From Nanobdellati archaeon (lineage in GTDB: Archaea > EX4484-52 > GLR71): 62,370 bases of DNA. This document shows positions 60,000 through 62,370 of this stretch, piece after piece; within the stretch, counting starts at the first letter, position 1; the number at the start of each line of letters is the position of its first letter. The position numbers and the translations under genes were made by a program. Location: positions 1 to 62,370 of the forward strand of contig JAHYJO010000006.1 in assembly GCA_019429125.1 (NCBI GenBank), in the 5' to 3' direction. The notes beneath the pieces were generated by a model. It saw only the letters and a program-made list of their open reading frames with translations, did no database searches and had not been told where the DNA came from.

Positions 60000-60266
60000 A
60001 TGAGAAAAGGAATGACAATCGCAATAACTCTTGTAATGGCAATGCTTGTAGCCTTAGTTGTGGCATTTGTCTTGATATCAATGTTTAGCACATCAATGAA
60101 CAAAGGTGGTGCTGGGTTGACCGGTTCTTTAGATTCTACAACTGATGATGTAACAGGTCTTGCATGCAGTACTCATTGCGCAACTTGCTGTATTACTAAT
60201 GTTAAGTCTTATTGTGAAAATACAGGTAACGGTGCGCCTGCCGGTTGTAAATGTAATAATTGTTAG
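60000..60266 (+). CDS. Mini-pilin-like protein with 8-Cys C-terminal domain
   Basis: MRKG|MTIAITLVMAMLVALVVAFVL; CSTHCATCC..C..CKCNNC. Confidence 0.8.
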   Translation: MRKGMTIAITLVMAMLVALVVAFVLISMFSTSMNKGGAGLTGSLDSTTDDVTGLACSTHCATCCITNVKSYCENTGNGAPAGCKCNNC

Positions 60267-60275
60267 TTGATTTTT

Positions 60276-60521
60276 ATGCGAAAAGCTATGACACAATCAA
60301 TATCTCTTATAACTGTCATAGTGGTAGGTCTTTTTGTTGTAGCAATTCTAATTGTCATGGTCGGCGACAAGATGGGTAAGGCATCTGATGTAATTGGTCA
60401 AAATACAGATATCACAGAAGATAGCCTAGAATGCAAGACTGAATGTTCTGCCTGTTGTGCGACTGGTTATGGTGGTACTATCTGTGCGCGCCAGTTCATA
60501 GCCTGTGATTGTAGTTGTTGA
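60276..60521 (+). CDS. Mini-pilin-like protein with 8-Cys C-terminal domain
   Basis: MRKA|MTQSISLITVIVVGLFVVAIL; CKTECSACC..C..CDCSC. Confidence 0.8.
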   Translation: MRKAMTQSISLITVIVVGLFVVAILIVMVGDKMGKASDVIGQNTDITEDSLECKTECSACCATGYGGTICARQFIACDCSC

Positions 60522-60704
60522 CAGATATTTTAGAATTTATATAATTATTTTTTAATATAGCTCTTATTGATTCTACTACATAGGGTATTTAATTATTGTT
60601 TAGTTACCTCTGTAGGTGGTTCCAAACATATTTAGGGGACTTGTTGTAATATATTAATATAATTGTGCAATCATAAATATTTATAAAGTATTGTCACAAT
60701 AATA

Positions 60705-60716
60705 TGACATATGTCA
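60705..60716. promoter_or_regulatory. Perfect palindrome TGACATATGTCA over the start codon of the second MNT gene
   Basis: Identical in sequence and register to 54219-54230. Confidence 0.7.
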
Positions 60717-61259
60717 CGAATAAATTACAATAATGAAATAATAGGATGCCTCCTAATAAAACCAAATCACATACGAGGGCTTGCAAAAGACTTAAACACC
60801 AATCAGACTACAATATCACGAAAAATCCAGGATCTTTATGAACAAAACATTGTTGATTTTAGATTTGAGGGAAAAAATAAGGTATTTTTCCTAAAAAAGA
60901 CACTTGAAGCCTGTGAATCAGTTTTGATTGTAGAGCGTCATAAGTTAATTGATATATTACAGCTGTATCCGCACTTAAGACGAATTATAGAGATAATAAA
61001 ATCCGATAGAAGAATCAATATGGCTGTAATATTTGGGTCTTATGCAAAACATAGTGCAACAAAAACAAGTGATATTGACCTTTATGTGGATACTGAAGAT
61101 AGAATACTGAAAGAGATATTATCTGATATAGATTCAAAATTAAGCATAAAAATCGGGAAATATGACAAAGCAAATCTTCTCATAAAAGAGATTGAAAAAG
61201 ATCATATAATTATAAAGGGTGTAGATGAATTTTATGAAAAAAACAAATTTTTTGAGTAA
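60711..61259 (+). CDS. wHTH + MNT antitoxin
   Basis: HIRGLAKDL.TNQTTISRKI; IFGSYAK..SDIDLYV; EIEKDHIIIKGVDEF. Confidence 0.9.
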   Translation: MSRINYNNEIIGCLLIKPNHIRGLAKDLNTNQTTISRKIQDLYEQNIVDFRFEGKNKVFFLKKTLEACESVLIVERHKLIDILQLYPHLRRIIEIIKSDRRINMAVIFGSYAKHSATKTSDIDLYVDTEDRILKEILSDIDSKLSIKIGKYDKANLLIKEIEKDHIIIKGVDEFYEKNKFFE

Positions 61260-61707
61260 GTTATTTGATGAAAAAAAGATTCAGTTTGTTACACCTAGTA
61301 AAGACATAAAAAATGCTTATATTCAAAGATCTGAGGAATCATTATCTTCTGCAAAAGTACTATTCAAAATAGGGAATCTCAAAGATTCAGTTGCCTTATC
61401 GTATTATTCTATGTATCATTGTCTTCTTGCTTTATTATTTTGTACGGGTATAAAATGCAAAAATCACACTGCCTCAATACTAATTTTAAAAGAAGTGTTC
61501 GGATTAAATAATGATAGTATTTCAAAAGCGAAAAAAGAGAGAATTGATAAGCAGTATTATGTGGACTTTAATATTACTCAGGCTGAAGTTTATGATACTA
61601 TGTCTATTGCAGAGGATTTCATTACAGAATTACGAGAATTTATAGAAAAATTAAATGCGCTGGATATAAAACAGTATCAAAATATACTACAGCGTATCCT
61701 AATATAG
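61234..61707 (+). CDS. HEPN domain toxin
   Basis: SYYSMYH..LALL..GIKCKNHTASI..AKKERIDKQYY. Confidence 0.88.
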   Translation: MKKTNFLSKLFDEKKIQFVTPSKDIKNAYIQRSEESLSSAKVLFKIGNLKDSVALSYYSMYHCLLALLFCTGIKCKNHTASILILKEVFGLNNDSISKAKKERIDKQYYVDFNITQAEVYDTMSIAEDFITELREFIEKLNALDIKQYQNILQRILI

Positions 61708-61766
61708 TTTTCATCTCACAAAATTATATATAATCTGCGCAATAAAAGAAAGTTACAGTGTTTACA

Positions 61767-62066
61767 ATGGCATTCTCAAAGACACAAAAAAAGGGTGAAA
61801 TGACAATTGAGACAGTCATAATCATAGTCTTATTTCTTGCAATATTAGCAATTATAATATTAGTTGTCAGTTCATTGACAGGTAAAGGTTCAGATTCCAT
61901 GGGGACGACTATTGAGAGTACAGGCAGTGGCGCACTCTGCGAGATAGAATGTATGAAGTGTTGTAGTGGTCAAGTAAATATTAATTGTAATCAGTATATT
62001 ATAGATTCTAATTATGGTTCTTGTTGTGTTGATACAAAAACGGGTGAGGAGGAATATGGTTGTTAA
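61767..62066 (+). CDS. Mini-pilin-like protein with 8-Cys C-terminal domain
   Basis: QKKG|EMTIETVIIIVLFLAILAIII; CEIECMKCC..C..CC..C. Confidence 0.82.
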   Translation: MAFSKTQKKGEMTIETVIIIVLFLAILAIIILVVSSLTGKGSDSMGTTIESTGSGALCEIECMKCCSGQVNINCNQYIIDSNYGSCCVDTKTGEEEYGC

Positions 62067-62077
62067 TCCTAAAAATC

Positions 62078-62197
62078 TCAATATCCTAACAAAAATTTCC
62101 AAATCTAAACAATCTTAATATCCTCAACAATCCCTTTCTTTTCAAGTGTCACAACTATTGACTTTATGATATTCATAAAATTATTATCTTCTTTTAC
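62078..62197 (-). pseudogene. Probable extreme C-terminal remnant of a DUF4143 ATPase
   Basis: SIVVTLEKKGIVEDIKIV*IWKFLL resembles the family's terminal IK.IP.WK.LL motif. Confidence 0.4.
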
Positions 62198-62246
62198 AAT
62201 ATAACATATATCTCTGATTTAATGACATCACAACGTCATTATTTAT

Positions 62247-62370
62247 CTCAAGTTTGGGACTTCCCGGAAAAGACCGCCGAATTTGGGCACTACAGCCAAT
62301 TTCCTAGTTACGAATTAAATTTAAAGAAGGTGATTCAATCTTAAGTTTTTTGAAAATATCTTCAGTTTCT
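62247..62370 (-). mobile_element. Possible right end of an IS (IS1634-like), truncated by the window edge
   Basis: ORF end ETEDIFKKLKIESPSL.., GC-richer tail containing TGTAGTGCC, terminal CTCAAGTTTGGGA loosely resembling the TIR of the 27.2-kb element. Confidence 0.3.

Noticed and set aside
1806-62102. Numerous short antisense or overlapping ORFs in the six-frame track (e.g. 1806-2138, 26760-27200, 35505-36020, 50350-50751, 57575-57850)
   Set aside because: Shadow frames of well-supported genes or of the tandem repeat, with no independent motifs

Overview
AT-rich archaeal chromosomal segment, most consistent with a DPANN-type (Aenigmarchaeota-like) symbiont; the taxonomy is inferred from gene content only. 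Housekeeping anchors are dph5, a Trm5-family methyltransferase, tRNA-Pro(GGG), tRNA-Ala(GGC), MC1 chromatin protein, a HerA-like ATPase, HIT and ileS. Three accessory blocks lie between them: (i) 8.4-26.8 kb, three large Ig-like/cadherin-like surface glycoproteins (two share a C-terminal anchor module) followed by a KaiC-like ATPase; (ii) 36-46 kb, an oxidative-stress, nucleotide-sanitising and repair cluster around tRNA-Ala; (iii) 53-62 kb, eight class III signal-peptide (pilin-like) genes interleaved with two MNT-HEPN toxin-antitoxin pairs. Features not visible in the ORF track include a tRNA-Pro with two non-canonical BHB introns (one a 168-nt multi-branched structured RNA), two MITE-like elements with TIRs and TSDs (one cleanly interrupting a HEPN toxin), a palindrome shared by the start codons of both MNT genes, a 27-bp VNTR made of stop-restart mini-ORFs between pilin-like genes, three mini-pilins sharing an 8-Cys framework, and an 881-aa pilin-signal protein with pre-toxin/pore-former-like segments. 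Many pseudogenes indicate ongoing genome erosion. All domain calls are by eye, without database searches.
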